Shown here: in pieces, positions 11,201-23,200 of the stretch
Position numbering within the stretch: position 1 is the first letter of the stretch
Layout: the number at the start of each line of letters is the position of its first letter
Origin: Catajapyx aquilonaris
Taxonomy: Eukaryota
Assembly: GCA_000934665.2 (NCBI GenBank)
Contig: KZ538023.1
Coordinates: 124,001-179,491, forward strand
Reading direction: 5' to 3'
Length of the DNA: 55,491 bases
Made by a program: the position numbers and the translations under genes
The notes under the pieces: generated by a model
What the model was told of the DNA's origin: nothing
Databases searched by the model: none
Seen by the model: only the letters and a program-made list of their open reading frames with translations

Positions 11201-14200
11201 CTTTTATGGCTGGTCGTTTGGTGGTGGGGGATGCTGGGGAGGCAAAATATGGGCAGCTGTAATGAGTATCGGTGTTTATAGTACCTGCATGCGGGCTTGG
11301 TGGGGTCCATCCGTGGCAGCCAGGGTTAGGTTGTAGCTCGGGCAAGTTTCCCAGTCCAGCTTTCTAGCCAGGTACAAGCTGCCCGTGTCCCTCCGCATCG
11401 CAAACACTGATCCCTCATTACCTCCTGCAAAGGGAAAGAAGGTGTTAATCACATTGGTAACTCTCAATATTTGTCAAGCGCCTATCGTATTGACGGTGGT
11501 ATGCAATATTATAATTAATAATTATGTCCTGATGTTAACTAGTATTCTGGTAATGACCCAACATTCTAGTGTAGTATTAGGGTGTCATTCACATGGGTGT
11601 CAGCCTAAACAGTGTCATTACCAGCGATGTAACTGATGCTTGATTGATGTCGTTCAGCGGTGGGTGGAGTGTAGTTAAATGCCATTTAATGGTAAGCTGT
11701 CATTGCCATTCAAACGTGTGTAATAACACTACTGATAATGTTACTTGACCGCTCCTAAAATTGCACTTTAACCAAATAAGTGCACTTACATGCTGTCTAA
11801 TTCAGTCGTTTTGGTTGTTACAATTTTAATTAGTCATATAGTATGTTTTAATAAATTACTAAAGAGCGGACTCACCGATGATGTCGTACCACAGCATGTC
11901 ATCGTCATCATCCGTTGCTTGGACCAAAAGCACAAAGTGACCCACAGGGTCATTCTCAGTGACATCCAATCGACGAGAAGTCTCCTTGAAGTACGGAGGC
12001 CTGTTGGAGCTATCCTCCGGGACACCTTTAATCTCCAGAGCAATTCTGGCCGTGGAGTTTCTTGGAGGCTGGCCTTTGTCCTTAGCCATCACCTACAAGA
12101 AAAAAAAACCACCAAAATAATAGACTTGATAAATCCAATCTATAGTCACAAGGTGCTGGAAAAAAAAAACATCCACCCTAAATTTTCCCCCCTCTCCAGC
12201 AGCATCCGGTTATTATTTTCTTACAAACGACTTTCTTGGGGGAAGATGCTGCGGAAGATGCAAAAAATAACAATTCCTCCGGGTAGTATTTCCCAGCCTC
12301 GTCCGCATGACAAGCTAACAGCATTTTCCTGGAGAAATACGTCTCTCTCTCGGAGTAAGAATGCCCAAAATTATGATCCGCCCCCCTATTTCTTCCTCAG
12401 TATGACAACACACAAAACCAAGAAAGCGAAAGAAACTTGGAAGAAAAAACATCCGAATGATTTTCACCTGTATAGAACTTACCTGCAGTTCAAATTCCTT
12501 TCCAGCTCGTAGTGTCCTATGGCAATAAATTTCTCCAGTTCTTGGCTGAATCTTGAATGGACTTCGACCCTTCAGACTGCTCAGGCTGTACTCAATCTCA
12601 CCATTGGGACCGCTGTCCAGGTCAAATGCCACCACCTGTGACAATCTCACATTTTAATCATCAAGAAGAAATCATACCGCAATTAATTTTTTTGATGGGT
12701 ACAAAAAAATATCAGCAACTCAGGTTTTCACCTCGACAAAATGGCGATGTTTTTTTTCGTTGCGAATTCACAAGAGGATTGCAAAAAAAAAATCGACGGT
12801 TCGATTAACGAGGATGTAATTTGAAAGGGAAGGCCCTCAGGTCATTAACGAAGGCTGCCGAATTGCAGAACAGAACCTTGTACACATCGGACAGTCGCCA
12901 AAAAAAAAAATCCTTGCATAATCAACTCGATGCAGAAATATACACACAGAAAAAAATATGAAAAAAGGGGTACAATTTTTTTGGGAGGGTCCAACAGATT
13001 CCGGTGCCTGCAATTTGGAAGCGAATGCGTAATTAATTAATAGGAGGAGCCACCCACGGGAATTATTGCGAGCCAAAACGGGGATTTTGCAGACTTTTCC
13101 AGCTACAAAATACATAATGTCCTTTCGCGTACCCGTCCCCCCCAAAAAAATTTCAAACGCTTTTTATTTTCTGTGCAATTTGTCAAGAGTTATTTACATG
13201 AACTTGATTGCTCCAAGAGTTTTTTTTCCCCATATCAAATAAGGTGGGCTTGAATGACAGAAAAGAAAGAAGCTTTGTGTGGAAAAAAGCTGAGCTGCAG
13301 TGCTTTGTCTGCTTTTCCTACTATATAAAAAAATTTACATACAACACACTCCCCCCCACACATAGGACAAGTAAATCGTGCACCAAAACAAGTAGCAAAC
13401 TGCAACTAAACAAATCACATGCACTCGGACTAACAAACGTACAACAAGGGCATGCTAACTACAAAACACACACACACACACACAAAAAAAAGCAAGGAAC
13501 AGTGGGTGTAGGGTAGGTTCCACTAAAAAAAAGTTGCTGTTCACCATCACATAACACACACAGAAAACACCCAAACTGGAGGACCAAACACAACAACCAA
13601 AAGACACGCTTTTTTTTTGGGGGGGGGGGATGGGGGATTCTATCCGAAGCGTATTAAAAAACCACCAAAAAAAAGGGAAGTTTAGACTAAAATCTAGTTG
13701 GTGGCAAGACCAAGAAGATTTTTTAAAAAACTCTTCTTTTCCAGAGTCTTGTCGCCCTGAACTTTGCTTTCAACAAAGCTGATGAGCAAAGGGGTGCAAG
13801 TGAAGGGTTGGCCATAGTCTATATAACTTATGTACAGAGAATAAGCAAATCGGTGAACGAAACTAAAGGCAGATGGACCGCTCGAAAAAAGTGAAAAATT
13901 CTGCTCAAAATATGGAGTGACATTTTCTGATATACCGTAACATTGAAACCGAAGAAAATGAAAATAGCTCACTTATGAAATCATATGCTCTATTTACACA
14001 TATTTACAGATATTTCTGTAGGGGGGGTATATAAAATGGGCTATAAAATTAACAATGATGAGCTAACAAATAATTTTTGCATCTATGTGCAAATTCTCTA
14101 GGAGTTAAGAAACATTTTGTGAAACCAAACAATGCATAATATTATGCAGTAATTCAAACAAAATAATGTTGGTTCGTAAAAAGTTTGTTTAAATGAACAA

Positions 14201-17200
14201 TATTTGTCACGTTGTATCGACTTTTCGCTGTAATGACACGTTCGTAGCTCCAACTTAAAAAAATTGTTCACAAAACTAAAAAGTTACATGCTAGATGGAG
14301 GGGAAAATTGATTCGCATGCAGCATAATTACTTTTTTGTCTGATTGCAGCGAATATCACTCAAATTGAGCCGAAATGTCACTTCAGGAGCACATGTGCAG
14401 ATCAATTCGCTCCAAATCTTTTACAATTGCTAATTGCGGATTAAATACACGCACTGATGGGCTCACACTAGTTCGCTAACGAAATTAATTCATCAGTTAG
14501 CTCAATTATTCAAATTTGTGCGCACCTCTTTGCTATTTAAAAAAATGTAGGTGAAACTAAGAATTTAATTAAAAGTGGAACTTTTGCGTATATTTTGGGT
14601 CATAATATGGTGGGTTATTAAATCGTTATGAAATATAAATTAAATCCAAATTTAAATTACTTCAACATTTAAAAAATCACATATTAATTACAAAATTTAA
14701 ATATTACATATCATTACAAAACGAAAAACGCCTGATATTTAAATTATGCGAAAATGTGTTACTTTTTATATTTTGTAATTCACTTGGAATAATTTAAACG
14801 TAAATATTCCAAATTAATTACAAAATGTAAATAGTGACACATTTTCACATAATTTAAATATCAGGCTACTAATTTATTTACTAAATGTAAATATTGCAAA
14901 AAAAATTATTTTACAAAAATGGACAAATTACATTATTACTCAAAATTTAGCTCATTTGTTCAACATAATGTGTGCTCTTTATCATGTGCGGTACTGTATA
15001 TATTTGCAGAAACAGAGCCTTTAGTTTCGTTTATCCGACTTTTTGAGCTCAAACACGGCCAACCCTTGGTGCAAAAAAGACTACGCAAAATGCGTGATCT
15101 GGCCGAACAAAGCGTGCTGCTCCACAAAACAAAATTTTTCCCCCATTTTCATTAATCTCCTCCCCCATAATAAGACATGTTATTGTCACAATTATCTTCA
15201 CCATCCCATCCTTCTTGGTATTGCCCCCATGGTATTTTTTTATATGATGTCCTCCAGTTTTTTGTGATGTGTTTCCTGTCACCGTGCGACTTTGATTTTC
15301 CGTCAATTTTTGGCTTACCCTGAGAAGCGGGTCCCCAGTCACCGCAGAATCCGGGTCTAGAGATTCCCAGAGCGTGCTGCCACTGGGAATATTCTCTAGG
15401 GGGGACTCTAGATCTAGCTCCTCCGTCTCATTCTATAAAAAGGGGGAGCCAAGAGATAGAAAGAAAAAAATATATAAAAAAATATAAATACAAAAAAAAG
15501 AGACGCAATAATTGGTCACTGCCAATTATTCTCTGAACAATTTTGTGTATTGCTCAAATTTAAAAAGCCCCCTCACCAACATACACCACATAAAAGCGTA
15601 TAGCAAAGCACAAGGATTTGTTAATGTAAACCTGTGACAGTTTGTGCGAAGGTTGCCCCGTTATATTGAACAGGGCATGCAAATTGTTTACTCCCAAGAA
15701 AGAAAAAGAACCATCAAGGGACTGACAGTGGTCTCGGTTTTTTCGAAAACCACAAAAACCTGCACCAGTTTTACAGCTTAAGTGCAAATTAGTGGGACAT
15801 TTTCCCTTGCTCTTTATTTTTTGTTGCAAAAAAAAGAGGGTAGATGGTTAATGTATGAGTGTGCGCATGTTGTGAGAGACGTGGAAAAACTGAGAGAGGG
15901 TATAGTATTTTCCCTCCAGTACCTCCCACGCCAGAAAAACTTATAAACTCAAAGCTTCACACGCGACATATGCCAGGTGCTTCTGACAGACTGGGCCAAA
16001 CTAACCCCTAAACGCAGCTATTTATACCTATTTTTTTTTTTTTAAAGAAGCTTACATTTTGTATATATACACTGCCCTTTTTTGACTCACCCGCCACCAT
16101 TGATTTCCTTTTTAACTCATTTGTTTACATCCTTCTTCCTCTAAATGTGCTGAGTTGTAGACTAGTCAAAAAACATGATTGGCTCGCGTGATTCGAGTAT
16201 ACTTTTTCTCATTGGGCAGGGGGAAATGAGGCTGACAAACACGATACGACACGACACGATTCTAGTAACATTGTACAACAACGACATTGATTGGCCGGTC
16301 GTGTCGTGTCGTGTCGTGTCGTGTCGTGTCGTGTCGTATATGGTAGACACAGACATTTTTTCCCCGATGAGAAAAGGTCTAAAATGAGTATTGATCTGAA
16401 GAATTTTGCTCTCAACTTGGATTAGTCCATCTCCGATAAATCGATGGCCAGGCGATTAAGTGTCCTCCATTACATATTCAAACAACGGGTCGTAAGTGCC
16501 TGGCCCCTGTATACACACTATATCTTCCGGCACCTAATTGGACCTGGGTTTTTTTTCCCCCACAGCAACATGTAACCTCCGCGGAAATAAATCTTCGGGT
16601 GTGAATATCAGGTTTTGCAGCATCCAACATTACAACATTGGAACGATAATCTGGGCGCATCCAAACAACCCCCCAAAAAAAACCATTGATTCATTGCGAA
16701 TTAATGGCGACTGGTCTAGGGGGGCTGTAGACTAGCCTCTGTGTTAATGAGCCTGTTTCCGCCTCGTCACTCAACCTGTCTGATATACGAGCCACGTAAA
16801 TTACGTAACATTATCGCCCCCCCCAAAAAAAACACAAGTACGTATACGAAAATCCGTTTGTTACATTTGCAAGGCAGCAATTTATTTAAACATGGTAGGA
16901 CATCGGATGTGACGTCGCCTCAAAAGGAAACCAGAAGCCTCCCAAGGTATCCGCAGACTAAAACCGCGAAATGCTTCATATAGACACTCAGGAATTTCAG
17001 GACATCCTATATACCTTTAAAAACATCGAAAGACATCCATTGTTAAACCCGTGCATCGGAAACCGCCCCCCCAGGTAATGAGGATGTGGTAATGTTGATG
17101 CGGGCCTTAAACGTGAAGATCGATTTGGAGGTTTTTCCTCTGCAGCCATCCTCTGCACCAGAAAAAGAAAAAAAGGAAAAAAAAGAAGGAACCACCCTCC

Positions 17201-20200
17201 AAAAAAATGGGCGAAAAACACTCTTCCTTTTTCCCATGGCCCCATTACGATGACCCACCTTTTTTTCTGCCAAAGTCGGGGCCATTTTTATTTCATTTCT
17301 TCGTTTGAAAAATCCTCCCGTTGAATATCACGCCATACACACAAGGACACAATGGACCGGTTCACAATAAACGTAGATCTTTTCGCGTGCATTTCGGAAA
17401 AAATTTGGCGAATATTCGGACCTCTAAAGGTTTGGGTCGTTATACGTCACGCTATGTGACGGAACGTTACACAGCACGTCACTTTTAAAATCCAAATAAT
17501 GAGGAAATAAGCTTATTAATATTAATATTATTTACAGCAATTAATATTTACACAGTGAAACACTGTTGCATCCTCCTCCCACCCACCAGAGGCGCTGCCT
17601 ACATCCACTCCGCATGCGCAGAATATGGGCCAATAAGAAGCGTCGCGGTAACAATATGCGGCGGTCCAAACATGCCAGCTACGATTTTAATATTAAATAT
17701 TGTGCGATTAGTAAGTTCTTGGCGCCGATTTATGTCTACCCACTTTTTTCACCCTTCAAAAAGCTAAGTGTCAGTGTGAGAAATGACCTCAGAATTCATC
17801 CTGTCGAGAAGAAGAAAAAAAACACCCCTTCCCTCGTTTCTTAATTAAGCAAACGGGTAGACCGTTTATTAATTAATAGCCCTCAACTGATAATCCAACG
17901 GGAATCCTCCGAGTTTAGGGTATGGAGGCAGCAGCAGCAGCACCAACTAATCGGAAAATTAATTATCGCCGTTTTATCTACCTCCCCAACGTTTCCGGCT
18001 TCTTCCGATCGATGGATGGCCCCAGAGGTGAGCTTCTCCCCACTTTATATAGCCCCCAGAAACTCCTTTAAGAAACACTTTACCCTCATGAATTAGTTTC
18101 AATTGCACTTGCCTCCGCTTGCAACTGGAATCAAATATTTAATCACGGATTAAGACTAATAGAGCGCATCGTTTCGCACTTACCGCGGTCTTACTGCAGA
18201 TATAATCCAAATGGTGCCGCAGTCTCTCTCTCTTTTTTTATTCGAAAGAGGAGGGGGGGCCATCTGTCACTAATTAAGCCTCCCCAAAATGCAGTTAATT
18301 AATTTGGTGGCACCTCCCTCTGATTAGCGTCATCTCTGGACTTCGCCCGGCTCACAATTAGCCTAATCAGAACCCTCAGGACCCCCCTCTCAGTAAAGGT
18401 CATCAAACCTAGGTGGGCATATGATGATTACTTCTCTGACAATCCCAACTAATGTTCCGGACGCTTCAGACGTCCACAGGCTGTCAAGTCTACTAATAGA
18501 CCTTCGCTTTTTTTTCTACCGAAACTTGCACGGAAGAAACTGGCCACAAACAGTGCTACCTTCCCAAAGTTTTTTTCTTCTTCTCGTCTTCTCCTTGATT
18601 ACTTCGTTCCAGCTCGACCCATGCTCCCTACCGTAATTGGGTGCCACCAATGACCTTTTCAACACTAAGCTACAGTACGTATAATCAGTATGACAGTGAC
18701 AATCAAACAACTTTAATGAGATTGCCCGCCGATTTACCACCTAGTACGATTTTTCACGTATAGATGGCGCATATTCCCTCTGCATACTCCTGCCATCATG
18801 TGAGAGATCGCGGTACTATCAGGTCGGACAAACATCAGACGGAGAGAATAAGCACATTAGGTAACTAAGCTGTGTGACGTCAACGCGGACATATCCGCGT
18901 CGTTCAAAACTGCATTAAAAATGGCCGCCACCAGCATCGCAATTTTGGTTAATATCCCCCTGCCAATATTATGAATGTGTTATCTGACCTGATACACAGG
19001 GTGGTCCATCCCTTTCCTGGATGTTTGGGGCAGCCTCAGCTTATAGAAGTGTTCCAGGAAGAGCGGGCTGTGGTCATTCACGTCGTCCACTATAACCACA
19101 ACTCGGCTGCTGGAGCTCAGTGGCGGGTTGCCCTCGTCGCTCACAGTCACCTGCACATAGAAAAAAGACACACACACTCAGAAAAAAAAATTCAGGACTA
19201 AATGTATTCTTTGGTCAATATTGGAAAATCCGGTCGGTTTGCCGCTAAGCCGGATTCCAGATCAGTGCTGGTGACATCAAGTTTTTTTTTGCCACTGCCC
19301 CATTGTGGGTGGGGTGATAGGTTGTAGAAATTATCCCATGGGATTCATCAAAAAGCCGGCCCGCAATGTGCATTAATAAGCCGAGAATCCGGGCGTCCGG
19401 GAATGAAGTAGTAGCCTCCAATAATTTACACACACAAAAAAAGCAGCAAAATGAAATGCTGGGGGCTGCCAATGTAATTTGTACGAAGATGCACTTTCAT
19501 CACACGTTTCTCTTTGAAGACAGAAAAAAAAATGCGGGACAAAGGTAAGGTGACATTTTCCACGTTGTTTGCCCCTCTGGAATGTCAATAGGAAAATGTC
19601 ATTCATAGAAAAAGGAAGCTTTCTTGCGGCCTTTTGCGTCGACGCACCTTCACAAAAAAAAAACAACAAGGGGGGGCTTAAATATCAATGAAGGTACTTT
19701 CACCTTTGGCCTTTCCACCACCTATAAATAATTCACGTCCAACCCTTACACACACACACACACNNNNNNNNNNNNNNNNNNNNNNNNNNNNNNNNNNNNN
19801 NNNNNNNNNNNNNNNNNNNNNNNNNNNNNNNNNNNNNNNNNNNNNNNNNNNNNNNNCCCCCCCCCCCCCCCCCCGACCAGTTTTTCCTACATATCCGCGG
19901 AGTTCCTCGAGAAACTTTCGCAGGTAATATGCATCAGAGTCCCCGGCTATCATTCCCGCCTTGTTTTCGTTCCCCGAAAATTAAATTACTTGCAATCCCT
20001 CTCTGCATACAAACTCTCTGGACTTTATTACAGCTGGTCTACGGTTAATTTACCCGGCATACACACAGCTAGAGAGAGAGAACCTGGTATCTAATCAATA
20101 CCGCTAAAAGACCGGATTTTGCACTGCTCGTTTGCGAAATGGACATATCGACTTGATATATTTCGGCTTATCTAATGCAACATTGCGAGGGAAAAAAGGT

Positions 20201-23200
20201 GACGACATTGGATTTGGACATGGAAAAAGGTCTTCTTTTGCATTTTTCTTTTTTTTCCAGGGAAGGGCACTGCGGAACACACACAAAAAAATAACGTTTT
20301 CTTCCGGGCTTGGAAAGCGTGTGATGAGGCGAGAAAGGCCTTTATGGAGCACAAGTGGAGGCCTTCTTTTTTTCAGGGTTCTTCGTCTTGAAATTCTTCG
20401 GACGAGAGCCACTCAATCCTACCCACCCACCACCCACATTTTTTTCTTCTTCTCCTCTCTTCACCTTCGAAGCCTCCAAACATCCGATGCGAAATTCGAT
20501 GCCCGGCACCCTTGGCTAGCCCCGGATCCCATTCCCCAAAATTGGCCATTTTCGGAAAGGGCTCTCTGAAGGAAGTGAAACAGAATCGCATCGGAATTGG
20601 CGAGCAATACACAGGAGGAGGAGAAGAAGAAAAAAAATGCGATATCCTTCCTTTCTGATGTGTTGTACCATTTATGACACACCTTGTATCTTGCTCATTT
20701 ATTTCAGCTCCTTGTCGAGGACGATTGATTCCTGAGTAGGTCCGGATGAGATGTTGCAAGTGACAGCTGACTCCGAAGCACTTCCACTTCCACATCTTAA
20801 TGACGTGTCAAAGCGACTGGCTGCACCTGGAGATAGCTGGCTGCAGATGACACCCGGATCAAAAGGAAACGGGGCAGAAGCCCCTTTTGACATGTTCCTT
20901 GCACTATCCTGCCAGAATTATTACTCCGGAATTTGACATGCTGAAGCCCCAAGGTGTGTCTATCGAGCATTAGATGTTGATTCGTCAGTTTTAAAGACAC
21001 TTGAACCCTGCTTTAAGCAGTGTATGTTACGCTGAGGTCGACTCTGCTCCCCAAAAAAATATGAATACACAACGGCATGAGAAGGATATAAAAGGGGCGG
21101 GCGTCCAATATATCCCCTGGAGGCGTCTTTTAGAGAGAGAATAAGGGAAGGAAGGAAGAAGGGAATCCAGCCTTGATGGACTCAATCTTCTTCTTCTTTT
21201 CCAACCCTCTTCCTCTCTTTTTTTTTCCAACCCCCCCAGTTTGGGAAGCAGCTTTTTCCCTCGGAATACCAACTCAGCCCACCCAAACTTTCATTGCATC
21301 TCGATAAACTTCCTCGGTCCGTACTGCTTCACTCACTCAGTTTACTCCTCTTCCAACTTTCGTGGGAGGCTGGTTCACACCATGGTGCACACCAGCTGTT
21401 TGCTTTTACTTGCTCGAGCACAGCACCAACTTTTAACAGCTAAAAAACTCCTCAGACGCCAATCTATCTGTAACTATTGAACGTGCGTGTCGGTTGTTGT
21501 TTTTTGGATAGTTCGTGACGGAATATGTGACCTATCCCAATATTTTAACGCATGCAGGACACACCTTTAGTAAACGGGGCCATTCACCTTGCCAACATTG
21601 CCCGCGGGACTGTCCTCATAGTACCACATCTCGTGGATAGATGGCGGCCACTCTCTCTGCACACTGCTGCCACTCAGGTGCAGTGGTACTACATGCACGT
21701 TGGTGATAAGTTACCGCGAGGCGGTTTTATAAACGACCTGTGGTGCTGTAATTGAGTCGACGTGCGTAAACAGTTCAGTGAGTGATCAACTGGATTGGGT
21801 GACTTATCGCTGGCTGAAGGGTTGAGCCAATGAATAAGGGTGATGGTGAGAGGTTCCGTTTAGAGAGAGAGGGGGGGGGGCGGTAATTGGTAGGTGCGGT
21901 TGCATGTCATTACTCGCGATGCAATTACCCATTCACTTGTGTTGTCATGTCACGGAAAAAGAGTCGGTACCTCGTGCAGTATACGACACGTGTGTGTGCT
22001 TAGTGGTTTAAAATCAGACCCATGCAAATAATTTTCGTCCTTCCTTCCTGCCGGTTCGGGATGGTGGGGCCATTAAGAAAATGGCGGGTGTCATTACTCA
22101 CCTTAATACGTGACAATCTTGCGGTGCCATCGCTCTCTGATACCAATCTGAGTTCACATGCACGGAAGAACTTCCGAAGTCTTTGTGCACACATATACCC
22201 CACCCACGGTACCAGTATTTGCAAATCAGATAACAATGTTTCCACCCGGATGATCCCCTTGCCTGATGATCCATGCTCTTTTTTTTTTTTGCAGTTTTCT
22301 CCAGGAGTGAATTTGCGACGTGGCACACACACCCCTCCAAAAAAAAAAAAAAAAATCGCAGACATTCTCCGGTTCCTTCCTTGAAGCAGCCATCAAGAAA
22401 ATGGCGGGCGTGTGCTCTCGTGGGAGAGATTTGACAAAGGCGCGCCGGAAAGACACCCGGATCCGGGGATTTCGCACAGGACGTTATTACCAACCAACCT
22501 CCCCTGGCCAACTTCCACTCCGGAAAATATGGCTGGAGGAAGAAGGAGAGGTTGAGGGGGGGGGGGGGGTTTCCTCCCTTTTGCTTTTACGATTATAGTT
22601 ATTGTTCATTGCGGGCGCCACGCTTGGAGATTTTCGGATGGAGGGGGGCCATGGATTGCGTGTGGTGGTCATACGTATGCTATTACCCACAGAATACTAG
22701 TGCATTACATTTCGAGGCGGCTTGGGGGATTTTCGGAGGGGGAAAAGAGGGCCACGCATCATATTCAATGGGTTGGATTTATAAACGACGTGAGCCCATG
22801 GAAATGTGTGCATTATGGGATTTTTTATTATTTTTTCAAGTACGATTGTACGAAGATCTGACCTAATCGACACATTACGGTTGGCTCTATTGGTCCAGTG
22901 CTTGACCGATATTGACTATCACCCTGCTCCTCTCACTCGGGTCCAGAATCCGATTACAGCTGGGGAAAAGTGGCCAAAATAGCACGTGAATGGGCCATCA
23001 GACTGTCCTGAAGTAGATTTGATCCGACTGCCACCGACATCTCCAGGCCATTCACTCAAAACACTTGCCATCTGCCGGAAAGGTCCTGGTAGCTTCACAT
23101 AGCGTATTAAGAGGCCAGAAAATTATTAATTAAATTTATCACACAATTAAAGAGGCAAAACCGCTCAAATAAGACTGAAAGGCCAATTCCAACAATAAGA

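Noticed and set aside
11790..12512. 240-aa plus-strand ORF
   Set aside because: Spans the antisense of two exons plus intron, with low-complexity Lys/Phe-rich stretches and no domain
14560..14950. Very AT-rich block with degenerate taattacaaaa repeats
   Set aside because: No definable unit or termini by eye; treated as low-complexity intron
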